Program-made: the position numbers and the translations under genes | Notes under the pieces: generated by a model | What the model saw: only the letters and a program-made list of their open reading frames with translations | Databases searched by the model: none | Told to the model about the DNA's origin: nothing | Assembly (NCBI RefSeq): GCF_018350175.1 | Contig: NC_058368.1 | Location: forward strand, 233,556,001 to 233,620,000 | DNA from: Felis catus | Taxonomy: Eukaryota | Direction of reading: 5' to 3' | Length of the DNA: 64,000 nt | In this document: positions 24,591 to 37,919 of the stretch, one piece after another | How positions within the stretch are numbered: the first letter of the stretch is position 1 | Layout: every line of letters begins with the position of its first letter

Positions 24591-27144
24591 TATAATCCCT
24601 TATATCCACATGCTTCACCACATCAGAATTGGAGAGATCATAATTCAAATACTGAATACAAACATATCCCTTCATTCAACAGATATTATTGAGGGACTAC
24701 TAGTGTTCAAGGTGCAGGGGATGTAATTTTGAGAAAAAAGACAAAAATCCTTCCCCTCATGGCGCTTACATTTAAATATGAATTTTGGCTTCAGATCAAA
24801 CTTCTTTTTCTGCCTTTCATATCTGGAGATAAAACTTTGTCATCGCTTTGGAAGATGTTATCCCTAACACCAGGCTTCTGCTTCGACATATACCTAATGT
24901 TCAGCAAATCCATGCAAATGGTATCTGGACAGGCATGAAGAACGTGGACCCAGAATTGTCCTCTCAGAGCTAATCTGGAAAGAAAAAATGCAGTATGTGT
25001 GTTGTCACCTGAAAGAGAGTGAAACTCTCCTAGGGTGACCAGATTTGCCTCTGATCTGTTGGGTAAACGAAAACATCTAAAGAAAAGATATGTGTTAAAA
25101 AGAGGGGGTTGAGTGGGTGGCGAAGATTTTAATTCTGGAAGCACAGAAAAAGGCCAGTCTCTGGTGAAAACAGTGCCGTCCAGAACAGATGGCCTCTTGT
25201 CAGCCGATTCTAGTACCTGGCCCACCTCGCTGGTGCATCTTCCCAATGGAGTGCATACTTAAGGATTGCAGAAACTGATGCATTCTCACCGGGGGCCATA
25301 TCACCCTCAAGGAGAACACTGCTTCATGGGGAAAGGGAAGAACATTACTTTTTTAAGTGCATAATAGACGGACATGCACGTGTCACTTAAACAGATATGC
25401 AGTATTCCTGTGGTAGTAAGTTTTCCGTTAGTTGGGAAAAAATATCTAAAATGGCTCTTCGGGAGAGTTACAGTGGAGAAGAGTCAAGCAACATTGCCTT
25501 AAACGTCACCTGTGCTATCTCCATGCTCACGGGTGACCTCTGGATAAGGCAGTTTCTTGCTACAGAGGCAGAAGGTGGGAGGTAGTTTGAAACAACTATC
25601 TGGTCTACCCAACAGTCGTCCGCTAATGACAACTTAGGAAATGAACTCTCTGGGTTTAAACATCATCCATTTTCACTTTTGTTAGAGCAAGTCTGCCTCC
25701 TAAGTTTGGCAAAGTTTGATTTACTAACAAGATTGCACTTCGGAGCTCTCCAGACGGAGGGCTACTCCCCGGAGGGGTGCATGCTCCCAGGTGGACATAC
25801 TGTACCTTTGTAGACGGGCCTCCCCAGGAGACACATCTTCTGACTGATAACATCATTCTTCAAATCAAGATCAACTTATCCCTGACTCCATCAGCCACAG
25901 ATTTTAATACATTCTTAACCAACTATTTCCCATCTGGTAATGCCCATACATCACACCCGATTCTGTAAGTGACTTTTGCCATCTTTTAGAACTACGGTGA
26001 ATCTAATGAAAACATCATGATCACATACAAATGCAAATTTCAGGCACAAACTATGCTCCCTTTAGGGAACTGAAGACTTCCATTTGAAAGCACACTGCAA
26101 TTGTAGCTGCCATACAAATACCTCTTCTGATTTGTCTTTAGGAATGGAAAAGGCAAGATAAGGCTTCACCCAAGCGCTTTCCAAACAAGAGCTCACTGAA
26201 GAAGGTTCTGATGCTGGCTGTGCATTAGAGTCACCTGGCATTTTAAAAAGATATGTACATGCCTGGGACCCATGCCTGGAGAGTCTGTAAGTTATTGTTT
26301 TACAACAATTTTCCCAGAGGAATACGTTGTGCATCGCGAAAGGAGAAACTAAGGATAGATAGAAGTAGATGACTAACCTCGAATACTGCCAGAACAAAGA
26401 AACAATTCACGTGGAGAGAAGAGCTGAGAACATAATAATGGATGGAATAATGGCTCATGTTAATGAGGACGTGCTTCCTCCCTCCCAGGAGGTGGGCTTC
26501 GCTATTCAAACTAAAAATGAGAGGTGTAGTGTAATTGTTTAAACCAAAGGAAAGACACCCTTCCCCTCATTTAGGGGGGCCCGGCGCCGACCTGGAGCGA
26601 GATAACCCTGTCTCTGGAGGGTAAGAACAGGAGCCTGGATACAGTTGAGGCTGAGCACTGGGGTTCGGTCAGGGGAGAGAGATGGAAGGAGGCTCATGAG
26701 CTGAGCCAAGACCAACCTCACATACTCACATCGGGACGGACCAATGGGATTTCAGGAGACCCACAGGAACAGCTGAACGAAGGCCAGGGGAAGGGATGGA
26801 AAACACTATGTGCATAGTGTGACGTCAGGGAAATATTCTCGGGAGGACGGGCTTCCCTGTAACTTCCAAAGGAATATTTTGAATGCACTCGTCCAGGACT
26901 ACAGAGCCCCTACCCATACTGCACCTGTAAGTTCCATTTTGAAAGCTAGCAAACATTCAGTAGTTTCTAAGACAAGCGGAAAACCAGTTAAAGTTAAAAC
27001 CAGTTACTAAACCAGCCTTCTGAACTTAGATGTCGTTCTCTTGTTCTTCTGTTAGCGCATGTCAGCATCCCAGGTCTGATGGTGTTTGGAGAGCAAATCC
27101 GATAGTTTGGATGGATAAGGGGATCATACTTCAGAGCCTGCAAA

Positions 27145-27452
27145 CACGCAATCTTGCCATTTGCAACCACGTGGATGGACCACGAGGGCATTATGTTAAA
27201 TTATTAAGACAGAGGAAGACAAATACATGATTTCACTTCTATGTAGAAACTAAAGATCAAAATAAACAAAACAAAGGTCAAACCAGACACTTTAAAACAG
27301 AGAACAAACTGATGGGTCACAGATAGGAGGCGGGGGGCGGGGGGATGGGTAATGCATAGAATATATGAGTGAGGTACAGAATTGTGGAATCGGCATGTTG
27401 TACACTTGCAATGGATATGACATAGTATGTCAACTATACTTCAATAACAATG
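27145..27452 (+). mobile_element. Old L1 3' end fragment
   Basis: cttgccatttgcaaccacgtggatggac...tatgtcaactatacttcaataa. Confidence 0.75.
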
Positions 27453-27530
27453 AGAAAAGAATGCTCCCAGGTGGAGCCTTCACTAATAAAAAAATGCTGC
27501 ATTTCAATGGTCCCTGACTGGCGTGGGGCA

Positions 27531-27749
27531 GGGGGGGCACCTGGGTGGCTCAGCGGGTTAAGCATCCAATTCTTGATTTCAGCTCAAGTCATGATCTCAC
27601 AGTTCGTGAGTTCAAGCCCCGCATCGGGCTCCCCGTGGACTATGCAGAGCCTGCCTGGGATTCTCTCTCTCTCCCTCTCTGCCCTTCCCCTGCTCGTGCT
27701 GTCTCTCTCAAAATAAATGAAATAAAATAAAATAAACTTTAAAAAAAAA
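27531..27749 (+). mobile_element. CanSINE
   Basis: Head, (CT)n and (AAAAT)n tail. Confidence 0.93.
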
Positions 27750-28439
27750 GTAAATGGTCATTGGCCAAATTTAGATTTTAATGTGAAACTATCTATAAAT
27801 GATACCTTAAATTGAATCAAATTAGATAAGTATTAAAATGATATATCTTATAAATGATATCTTAAATGGAATCAAATTATGTAAATATTAAATTGCTTTA
27901 AATACTGCGTTGATGATTGATGAACTAACCAAGGAACACAAATCATTCTCTGCAGAAGTCATTACGTTTTCAGGTTTCTCCTTCATGTTCCCCCCACATC
28001 ACCATTAGGTTCGGGCCCACGGGGGAACAGCCCAAGAGAAGGGAATTCTGGGTGATGCAACCTGTGATGCTCTTCACACGCTCTATTAACACCTGCACGA
28101 AAACATCTGTGGGCACGCCCATAAACACGGCGCATTCTCTGCCTGAATGACAGTCTTCTTCAGGCTTAACAGTAGCTTCAACACAACCGCACCGGAGCTT
28201 TCTGTCAGTGGCGGTGGCCGCAACGGCACATTCTAAACAGGGAAAAGTCCTGCGGTCTGGTAATTATGTACTTTGGAGTTAATTACTGCCTACTAAGTTA
28301 ATAGCTATTCCTATCAATCATCAGGCAAGATGACAACATCAGGTGGTGTGGTGGGGACCTGTAAGAACCAGGACAGGTGGGGTGACATAAGCTCTTGGAG
28401 GAGTAGCAAACACTGGTGATTAGCTAGTCAAGGCCTTTC

Positions 28440-28870
28440 CCACCCCTTTCCCTAGGTACCCACAAAGGCTGGAAACCCACGCACTTGCTTCGCCAGGTTC
28501 CTATGTAGCTGGGAGGGGAACCAGATGTGAGTCAAATCAGCTTCAGAAGAGGAAGAGTCTCTGTGTCGGCTTTTAATTTCTTACTAAAAAGGAGCAGACA
28601 CAATTCATGGGAAACGTTCGCTTTCCTACTCCTACTTGCTTTGAATGTAGATGAAATGGCCGGATCTGCAGCAGCCTCCATATGACGGCGACAGAAAAGC
28701 CAGGGGACTCTGGAAACAGCAGCCCCGATTTCACGGATCTGCTGCACCAAGGTGAGTGGCCCTCCACCTTTGGATTTCTTTTTATTTCGGGCAAATAAAT
28801 TTCCGTTTGTTTCAGCCTCCGTAGTTTGATTTTCCGTTTCATGCAGCCAAATGTGAGGCTGACTCATATG
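28440..28870. mobile_element. Old MaLR LTR remnant (MLT1J/K-like)
   Basis: Similarity by eye to MLT1 LTRs; subfamily and strand uncertain. Confidence 0.4.
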
Positions 28871-29418
28871 GTTGGGACAGCCCGATTGAGTTAGCAAACA
28901 CAGCTTTCCCTGTGTTGTAGCATAAGCTTCTGTTACGTGTAGTTTTCTGAGAGTGTTTGCTGTAAAGTAAATGCATGAGTTGAGACCACACACGAAAGCT
29001 ATGTATGGAATGCACCCTAAATAGGCTGGCAAACCAATAAGAGAAGGAATTCAGACCAGTCTGAGAAAAATTAACCTCTTTATGGAGACCATGATGTCAA
29101 GAAAGATTTGAGTCGGAGAGGCGGACCAGATGATGTACAGAAGCGAGAAAAGGAGAATTCTGGAAGGGGAGCCTTGAGCTAAGTATTACAGGGCCGGAGG
29201 GAGGCTGCTCCAAGCATGGAGTCCGCACATTGAGAGGAGCCAATCGGGCCAAAGAGGAAGTAATCCCGAGTATATACCAGCTGGAGGGACTAAGGGAAGG
29301 CAGCAGGAGCAGAAGACACATTCTTTCCCTCCTGGAGCGGACGCCATGGTTAGGAGGGTAGAATGAACGCACAATGGGAAAACATGCAAACAGATTTTGC
29401 TCAGGTACCATTTTTTGG

Positions 29419-29760
29419 TTGTAGTGCGTTGAATGTTACGTCCCTCCGAAATTACATCTTTGCAGTGTAATTAGGTTGCCCAACAGAGATGAGGTCATCC
29501 GGGATTGGGGTGAGTCCCAAATCAGTGACAAAGGACCTTGCAAAAAAGAGAAGACGTAGGGGAAGCCAAGTAAAGATGAGGCAGAGATCGGAGTGATACC
29601 ACCACAGCCAAGAAACACCTGGGGCCGCCAGAAGCCGGGGAGAGAAGAGAAGAAGGTTCTCCCGAGAGCTTTTGGAGGGAACTTGGCTCTGCTGACACCT
29701 TGATTTTGGACTATGCTAGCTTCCTGATCTGTGAGAGAATCAATCAAGTTTAAGTCTTAG
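29419..29760 (+). mobile_element. MaLR solo LTR (MLT1B/C-like)
   Basis: tgtagtgcgttgaat..., gatgaggtcatccggga, gcagagatcggagtgat and ctgacaccttgattttggact...tgtgagagaat. Confidence 0.8.
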
Positions 29761-30237
29761 CCACCTTAGGTAGCTCATACGGTGATGCACACTCCATACG
29801 TCCTGCTGAGGACATAGAGGGGACAGAAGTGAGGAAGAGACCCATGGAAGGAAGGGAGCGGGGAGGGGAGCCTTGGAGTCGATACAGAGAGTGCAGAGCA
29901 CATGCCTGGAAGAAACAAAGACAAGGGATGTGAGGTTTCTCTCTTGGGGAATCTCGCGGACGGTCTCCCTTGTTGAATGAATGCTTGTCCCTGGGAGGAA
30001 GGCTGTGTTGGTGAGAATATCAAGCTCAAAGCTGAGCCTGTCTTTATTTTAGCCATAAGCGTGACTGAAGGTGAGAGTCTGGGACAGAGTCCCTGCAAAA
30101 GCGCCCTTCCTATGTGAAGTTTAGAGCCTATACACTCTGACTAACGCCTCTGACTTGAGTCTTCTCAGCACCGGGGCCTGGAGCACAGGAAGGGGTGATG
30201 CAGAAGGCCTGTTAGGAATCTCCTCCACAGCTATTTT

Positions 30238-30492
30238 TCCATTTCTTCCTTCCTTCCTTCCTTCCTTCCTTTTCTTCCTTCCTTCCTTTTTTTTCTGAGA
30301 TAAAGACAGAGTGTGCGCACAAGTAGGGGAGAAGGGCAGAGAGAGAGAGAGAGAGAAAGAGAGAATCTTAAGCAGGCTACACACTCAGCACAGAGCCCGA
30401 CTTGGGGCTCCATCCCATGACCCCCCCAGGATCATGATTTCAGCTGAAATCAAGAGTTGGCTGATTACCTGACTGAGCCACCCAGACGCCCC
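30238..30492 (-). mobile_element. CanSINE with (CCTT)n-converted tail
   Basis: SINE body at 30290-30492 and (CCTT)n at 30243-30287. Confidence 0.9.
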
Positions 30493-30699
30493 TCCAATTT
30501 CTTAATTCGTTGTGGTATTAGTTTAAAATTGAACTATTAATGACTTACTGTTACAGTGGCCTAAAAGGAAACACTGTAAGAAGGAAAATGAACTGGATTA
30601 AGGAGCTGGTAGGACTTTGAAGGGGTTCCAGTCTTGGATTCTGTGCAAAGACTGACCATGTGGCTCCACCCTTCAGCTTGGGAAAGGCGGGACGGCCAG

Positions 30700-32700
30700 C
30701 TGTCTGGATTTCAATTCCTTCATCATTCACTGAAGCCATCGGGGCCTGGCTTAGAGACTTTCACAGGATCAACTTTATTCGTGACTCCAAGATATTTCAA
30801 TAGTCATAGACATGACCTATCAACAATTCTTAGACACATGAACTTAGACCAGTGACCTTCACCCCCATCACTGTGGCCAGCACCTTGAACTTGCTGATCA
30901 TGTGAACCAATCCATCTCAAACACCTCAAACTCGCTGCCTGTCCCTCCTTGCCCTCCAACTTCCTACAGCCTCACCTTGACACATCACAGGTGCCTCACT
31001 CCTGGCACTAACCTACCAGCCTGGCTGGCAGCATGGCTTCCTTCTCTAGACAGCCAGAACTCACCTCACATGATCTGAAGTTCCTCCTCACCAGTCCCCT
31101 GGTACCACATGGGCTGTGCCCTGCAGTAATGAGGTTGACATCCTCTATCACGTCCAGCCTATGCCAGGCACACAATTCAAGAGGATTCCACACGGGCTGG
31201 AGTCTGAAGCACTACAAACTCATGGTCTCCGATCTTGGCACCAACAGAAAGTAGTCTAAATACAGCTTAACTCCCACTTCTGTCCCCGCAAGACCACCTC
31301 AAACCTCTGCCATTCTCTTGGTCTCCTTCCCACTAAGCCCTTGCTTTCAAGGCACTCCTGTTTTTCTACTTCGAGAAAACCTCTGAGCTCTACACCTACA
31401 CCATGTCTACAAGGCTTTTTTTTTAATTTTTTTTTAATGTTTTTATTTATTTTTGAGACAGAGAGAGACAGAGCATGAGCAGTGGAGAGGCAAAAAGAGA
31501 GGGAGACACAGACTCCGAAGCAGGCCCTGGGCTCTGAGCTGTCAGCACAGAGCCCGACGCGGGGCTCGAACTCACGGACCATGAAATCATGACCTGAGCC
31601 GAAGTCGGTCGCTCAACCAACTGAGCCACCCAGGCGCCCCTCTACAAGGCTTTTCTAGTGGGAGCCATCCCTCAGGTTCAAGGACAACCTCTCTGCCTTG
31701 ACCCAAAACCCTCCTCCAGGCATCCTGCTGACGCCTCACTGCAGCCACCGCCCTTGGGTGTCATCCCGTTGACTCTGTCACTAACGGGATGCCTGTACGT
31801 CTCTAGCTCTGACCCACCACTTTCCTCTTTATCTCCACCAAGTCTCTTGAAAGATAAGTGAGTCTCAAACTTGGATGCACCTTCGGGACCTTGGCACAGC
31901 AACCACTTTTTAACCGACTAGCCCGGCGCTCCTTGTGATGCTTGTTTGCTGACGATATGCTCCCCATTCATACGCCTCCCGCAAACTAAGTTCCGTTATA
32001 AAGTCGGTGATGATTCCCCAACTGCCAAATCCCAGGAGCATTCTTCAATTTTTATAGCACATGATTTTTTCTGAGGCTTTCGGTACTTTTAACTACTCCC
32101 TCTTATCTGCAAATATCTTTCCGTGTTGTCCTCTTATGCTTATCATCTCTAGCCCCGACCTTTCCTCCAGAGCCCTTGGCTGCCCTGAGCTCCTTATGTC
32201 TCGGTGCTCCCCAGGGTCTTGTGTTCATGCTCACAAGATTCAAACTAAGTGACCGCATCAGCTCTCAGGGTGGGCACAATCCCCTAAGGGCAACATCTCC
32301 CGGATGAATCTGTTTCCAGCCCAGAACCACCTTCCAGAGTTCAGGCAATTACAGCCAGCTTCCTGGCACACGTCTCCACCTGGGGGACCCTCAGGCACCT
32401 TCTAGGATATGGTGAAAAGAAATTCCCTGCCTCCTTCCCTCATTATCCTGCCCCCGTCTCTCTAAGAATTTGGTGGCGATTTGGTGTCACCTCCCACTAC
32501 CTGACCACCCAAAAGGAGCAAGAGGACACTCTTTCTCAATGCGTACTTTGCCCCTCACATCTGATATTCACTATATTCTGACAGTTTTACTCCTTTAATG
32601 TCTTTTGCATCTCTGCTCTTCCCCACCCCCCCTCCACGCCTGCTTCTTCTGCTCTGTTTCTCAATCAACTCTGGACCCTTCCACAAACTCCAACTCCCCC
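30700..32700 (+). mobile_element. Long decayed L2 LINE remnant
   Basis: L2-like motifs (tgccaaatcc, tctccacctgg, cctcacatct) interrupted by a SINE. Confidence 0.5.
31416..31640 (-). mobile_element. CanSINE
   Basis: TSD tctacaaggctttt on both sides. Confidence 0.96.
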
Positions 32701-32725
32701 CGCCCCAGTAGGGCAGTCCCCGTTC

Positions 32726-32767
32726 TTTTTTCTTTTTTTTAAATTTTTTTAATGTTTATTTATTCTT

Positions 32768-32803
<36 letters not shown>

Positions 32804-32971
32804 GCACAAGTACGGGAGGGGCAGAGAGAGAGGGAGACCCAGAATTCGAAGCAGGCTCCAGGCTCTGAGCTGTCAGCACAGAGCCCGATGCGGGGCCCAA
32901 ACTCACGAACTGCAAGATCATGACCTGAGCTGAAGTCAGGCGCTCAACCGACTGAGCCACCCAGGCGCCCC
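32726..32971 (-). mobile_element. CanSINE
   Basis: TSD agggcagtcccc(g/a)ttctttt. Confidence 0.96.
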
Positions 32972-34044
32972 AGGGCAGTCCCCATTCTTTTGCATCTGGA
33001 AGAACCCAGGACAGAGTCGCAGGTGGGCAATGCTACGGGGCAGCAGGCACTCCCAGATCACAGTGGCTCACACATCAATTGCCCGTTTTTCCCCGCAAGC
33101 TCTGGGTCCCCCGTGGATCAGCAGAGTGGTGGGGACCTGGGCAGACGTGGGCGTCATCCTAATGCGGGTGTCCATGATCACTGGAACAGAAAGAGGACGA
33201 TGGAACAGAGGCTCCTCAGGAAATGGCTCGCAGCTCTGCTGTTTGCTCGACAAGTCCCTTGAGCTCTGGGGCGAGGGAAGTGCCAGCCTATGGAGTGCCA
33301 ATTAGCACACAACTCAAATCTCTAGCCCCTGCATCAGGCAGCCCGCTGCTCAAACCCTCCGGAGCCAGCCTGCCTCACCTACAGCTCTGTCTGCAAACCT
33401 CACATGAGGATGCATGAGGAACACCAAGGATGCATATCTGAAATACAAAACTGTAGGACTTGCTTTCAGAAAACGCTGATCAGCTTGAGACATATCCCAG
33501 GAATGTGCCTGGCTGACTACATCACGGCAGTCCGAGCGCCATACTTCAGGGAACACTGGCTTACCAGATCAAGTACGTGTTTCCTAAAATAGCACAGGAT
33601 GTCCTTGACGCTAGTCCTCTGGGATCCCAGTTACACTCATGGAGCACACCGGAGCCACCCTGCTTCCCGAGGTGAGGGCATCCTGGTTCCAGCCACTAGC
33701 CTCAGTGCCCGGTCCCTGCACCACACTCTTTTCTCTCCCTCTTCTCAGCCACTTCTCCTTTCTAGAGTTCGGCCTGGTCAGGGCCTAAGTGTCCCCGTGA
33801 CTCTGCCCAGGCAGCAGGAAGGCTCCCAGCTCCCAGACCAGCCCCAGATGTAGGTGGCCTCTTTGCCACTCTGTTCTACGAGCATACCTTGTGCTGAATC
33901 TGTCCCGGGACTCGTCCTGGGGCGTGACTGCCTACTTCCAAGGATCTCCCCTTCGTCAGACTTCACGGTTTAGAGCAGGGAATCTTTCTACCACCAAGCA
34001 CAAGAAGCATTTCACAAATGATCACTGAGTAAGTCACTGAGAGC

Positions 34045-34085
34045 GAATGAATGAATGAATGAATGAATGAATGAATGAATGAATG
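34045..34085 (+). repeat. (GAAT)n microsatellite, probably an L2 3' tail
   Basis: About 10 copies of GAAT. Confidence 0.9.
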
Positions 34086-34928
34086 GTCTATTCCGGCTCC
34101 ACACTTTTATTGCATATCTCATTGCTGCTTCACTGCTCCCGAAGGAAAACAAATCAGGGCCCCAAAGAGTTGAAGGCAGGAGGCCTCGGGGACAAGGATT
34201 CAGGCTGCTGATGGCCTGTGAGCTCCTCACCTCAGCTCTGAAACCTCCTGATGGCAAAGGGGCTCCAGGACTGCGGCCGGAGGGCACCGGCTTCTCAAAG
34301 AGGGCTCTGTGCACCTTCCCCAAAAGCTGCCTCAACATTGGCTTTGAATCCAGCCCAAACCTCAGCCCAGCCTTACCCTGGCCCCGCCTCTTTCTCCCTT
34401 GCCTTCAGGCACATGGCAAAAATAGCAGTTGATCGAGGAAAGAAAGAACCAGCAAAAGCCTCATACTGTCTCCCTACCCTTTAGACAGTTAAAAAGAATC
34501 AAGATCTGTAGACATCTCTGGATTCACTTCTGCGTAGCTCCCACCTAAGAAAACATCTGCTGGGCTCGCTCTTCCAGGAGGAGCTCAGAAACACACTCGA
34601 GCGGCTTTCACTTGCTTCGCCTTTACCTCGCTTTCCTCGCTTAGGTGAACCTTGTCTACTGTGTGTACGTAGCCCAGCTTAACCCCCCAGTTTGGAGCAA
34701 AAGTGAGACTCCTTTTAGAAAAATAATAAGGACTCCAGTTGGCGGACTGAGTAGAGGCATAACCTCAGGAATACATCGTCTGGGACACTTAATTCTGTGA
34801 GTACCAGTTAAGAACAACAACCACAACCATAATAGTAACAGGGGCTGCGATACTCACTGGGGTGTATGCAACTCTTCCCCTGGGCCCGGTCCTGTTTCAA
34901 GTACAACATGGTTTCTACAGCTCCCCAT

Positions 34929-35091
34929 TTTATTTGATCATTATTTTCACTTGAGACAGGGGCGGAGAGGCAGAGGGAGAGAGAGAATCCTAAGCAGGCT
35001 CCACCTTGGGCTTGATCCTATGACCATGAGATCAAGACCTGAGCTGAAATCAGGAGTTGGATGCTCAACTGACTGAGCCCCACAGGCGCCT
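34929..35091 (-). mobile_element. Short, older CanSINE
   Basis: Head ...gactgagccccacaggcgcc and gagagagaatcctaagcaggctcc. Confidence 0.88.
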
Positions 35092-35105
35092 GTAGAGTTC
35101 CCCAT

Positions 35106-35649
35106 TTTTTAAAAAATAGAATTTATTGTCAAGTGAGTTAACATAGAGTGTATACGGTGTGCTCTTGGTTGGGGGGGGGGTAGAATCCCGTGACTCATCG
35201 CTCACATACAACACCCAGTGCTCACCCCAACCAGTGCCCTCCTCAATGCCCATCACCCATTTAGCCCTTTCCCCCATCAATCTTCAGTTTGTCTCTGTAT
35301 TGAAGGGTCTCTTATGGTTTGCCTCCCTCTCTGTTTGAAACTATTTTTTCTCCTTCCCTGCCCCCGTGGTCTTTTGTTAAGTTTCTCAAGTTCCACAAAT
35401 GGGTGAAAACGTATGATACCCGTCTTTCTCTGCCTGACTTATTTCACTCGGCATAATACCCTCAAGTTCCATCCACGTTGTTGCAGATGGCAGGATTTCA
35501 TTCTTTCTCATTGCCAAGTAGTATTCCGTTGTATGTATAAACCGCTTCTTCATCCATTCGTCAGTTGGCGGACACTTGGGCCCTTTCAGGAGTGCCGATT
35601 CATGGGGGCACAGGTACCCCAATGTTTATCACGGTGCTTTCGACAACAG
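35106..35649 (-). mobile_element. 5'-truncated, 5'-inverted carnivore L1
   Basis: 35106-35587 is the minus-strand L1 3' UTR and ORF2 end. 35588-35649 is the adjacent L1 segment in the opposite orientation. TSD agag(t/c)tccc(c/t)att. Confidence 0.88.
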
Positions 35650-36240
35650 AGCTCCCTATTCTACAGTCGAGAGTGTGGGGAGGAGGGGGTCACTTACCCC
35701 AGTCCCCTGGGAGCCCAGGAGGCCGGGCTGCAGGCTGGACAGCCCAGCCACTGCAGACGCAGAAAGCACACAATGACATCTTAGGAAAATGTTTTTGATT
35801 TTTTGTGGTTCACACGTTCTCAAGTAACAAAAACCTAGCTCTTTTGGTGAGGTTCAGTAAGCTACCCACTCAGGTAAATGGGTCAGTATTACAAGCACCC
35901 ACCGCGTGATCAGCGAGGAAGAAGGAAACTATTTACCGGAATGAGCTTCTGTGCTGACTTGGGTAACAGTGCCCCCACACAGGGGCTAAATCAAATGACA
36001 GAACATTTGATTATCATGGAAAGGGATCCCATGCAAGGCTGTTATTTTGTGCCTCTGGTTACCCATCTGAGAAATGGACACGGAAAGAATTACTTTCTAT
36101 TTCTGGCCAAAGACACTATGAGATCTACCTTCCCAACCATGAAAGGATGACAAGGAGAGAAAACAGAAATGCCTCAATAATAAGTAAAGGAATAAATACA
36201 TGACTGAAGAATAACATCTATCGAGAATTTTCTGGTGACT

Positions 36241-36243
36241 ACA

Positions 36244-36276
<33 letters not shown>

Positions 36277-36288
36277 CACACACACACA
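36241..36288 (+). repeat. (CA)n microsatellite
   Basis: Directly visible. Confidence 0.95.
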
Positions 36289-36480
36289 TGCTCCCCTATG
36301 AGGAAGATACATGGATGCCAAAGGGGGTTCTCGGGTCAGCCAGTGCTGGTAGACGTAGGGTTCACTCTGACCCCCACTCACAGGAGAGGCTGGGCCCTTG
36401 CAGAGAAGGCCCCTGGAGAGAGTATGGTCAGCAGGCCCTGAAAACACTGAAAAAGGATGATTTCCAAAACATCACCACAT

Positions 36481-36689
36481 GGGGCGCCTGGGTGGCTCAG
36501 TCGTTTCAGCGTCATGACTCAGGTCACGATCTCACGGCTCATGGGTTTGAGCCCCGTGTCGGGCTCTGTGCTGACAACTCAGAGCCTGGAGCCTGCTTCG
36601 GGTTCTGTGTCTCCCTCTCTCTCTGCCCCTCCCCCGCTCACACTCTCTCAAAAATAAACGTTAAAAAAAATTAAAAAAAAAAAAAACAA
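36481..36689 (+). mobile_element. CanSINE
   Basis: TSD aaacatca(c/t)cacat. Confidence 0.95.
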
Positions 36690-37919
36690 ACATCATCACA
36701 TAAAATTCTGGTATGCCGACATCATTTGCTAGTATTTAAAATTCTGTTGTTTGTCACTTAGAGACATCCAGAGCTCAGGAGATGTCAAACACTGCTACTT
36801 TTGTTTCCGAACAGTAGAGAGGAATTTTTATCTCCAACAAGAAGATCCGTGGGAGAAAAGAGAATAACAGTTGCTCTTTCCTTGAGGGTTCACACCATTT
36901 CTCACAAAGCCAGGGACTGGAAACACTTTGTGTATGTTTGGAAAAAGCTGACTGAAATGCTCCCAAATATTTCTGGGGCTTAGGGCATCACCATAAACAA
37001 TGTGAATACAAACCTATGGGGAGACGGCTCCTTAAAATATTAGTATGTAAATTCTTAATAAATGCTTGAAAATTCGCAGTGCAAACGGTCTATAAGGAAT
37101 GTGCTGTTTAATAATAATAATAAAAAAGCGAAGCCAGCACTGACCACGCTTTAATAACAACACTGTTGTCTTCTCGGTCACGCCTACTTCCTTTCGGAGA
37201 GCTGACACTGGGTGTGAGCGGCTGTTTGGGCGCCTGCCGCAACGTGCTCATTACAAAGGGCCAATTATAATTAGATAATGAACAAAACCACTATCCCTTG
37301 CAAAGCACTTTGCCTTGAAGGACAAAGAGAACACATTAAAAGGGAGAGGGGAAAAAGGCAAACCAATTTAGAATTTTATACCAATGTCTCAAATAATTGG
37401 CTTAGAGAAGCAGACTCTGGATTCAGTCCACAGCGCCAGGCCTTGGGGCTCCAATCTTCCTTCCACCTCGTCTTTCCTCCTGCTATTAAAAAGCGTTCAT
37501 GATCTTGATGGCGGAGGGTAAAGGGACCGGCTCTTCTTATAAAAGCTTTGGTTTTTTTTTTAAATAATTTTAAACAGATTCTTTGGGGTGAATGCTTCCC
37601 AAATACAGAAAATTCCATCCTCCTGGTGAAGTTCTGTTCATCGGGGCATTTATTCAGCCGACATTTTGAGGACAAGACAGACAAAATGTCCCCGTGGAGA
37701 TTTACATTCTGGCTGGGGACAAGGGCAGCAGATTCATAAACTTAGTAATTACGTCAAAAATTAATTATAGACTGCAGAGTACAAAGAAGGGAAATGCCCT
37801 GACAGAGGGATGCACACAAGGGCTCCTGGCTCCTCACAGAGAAAGGCCCGGGCATTGAAGCAAAATATTGATTATCATTATAAAAACTAGAAAGGCTCCA
37901 GGATTCCTCCTCCATTATG

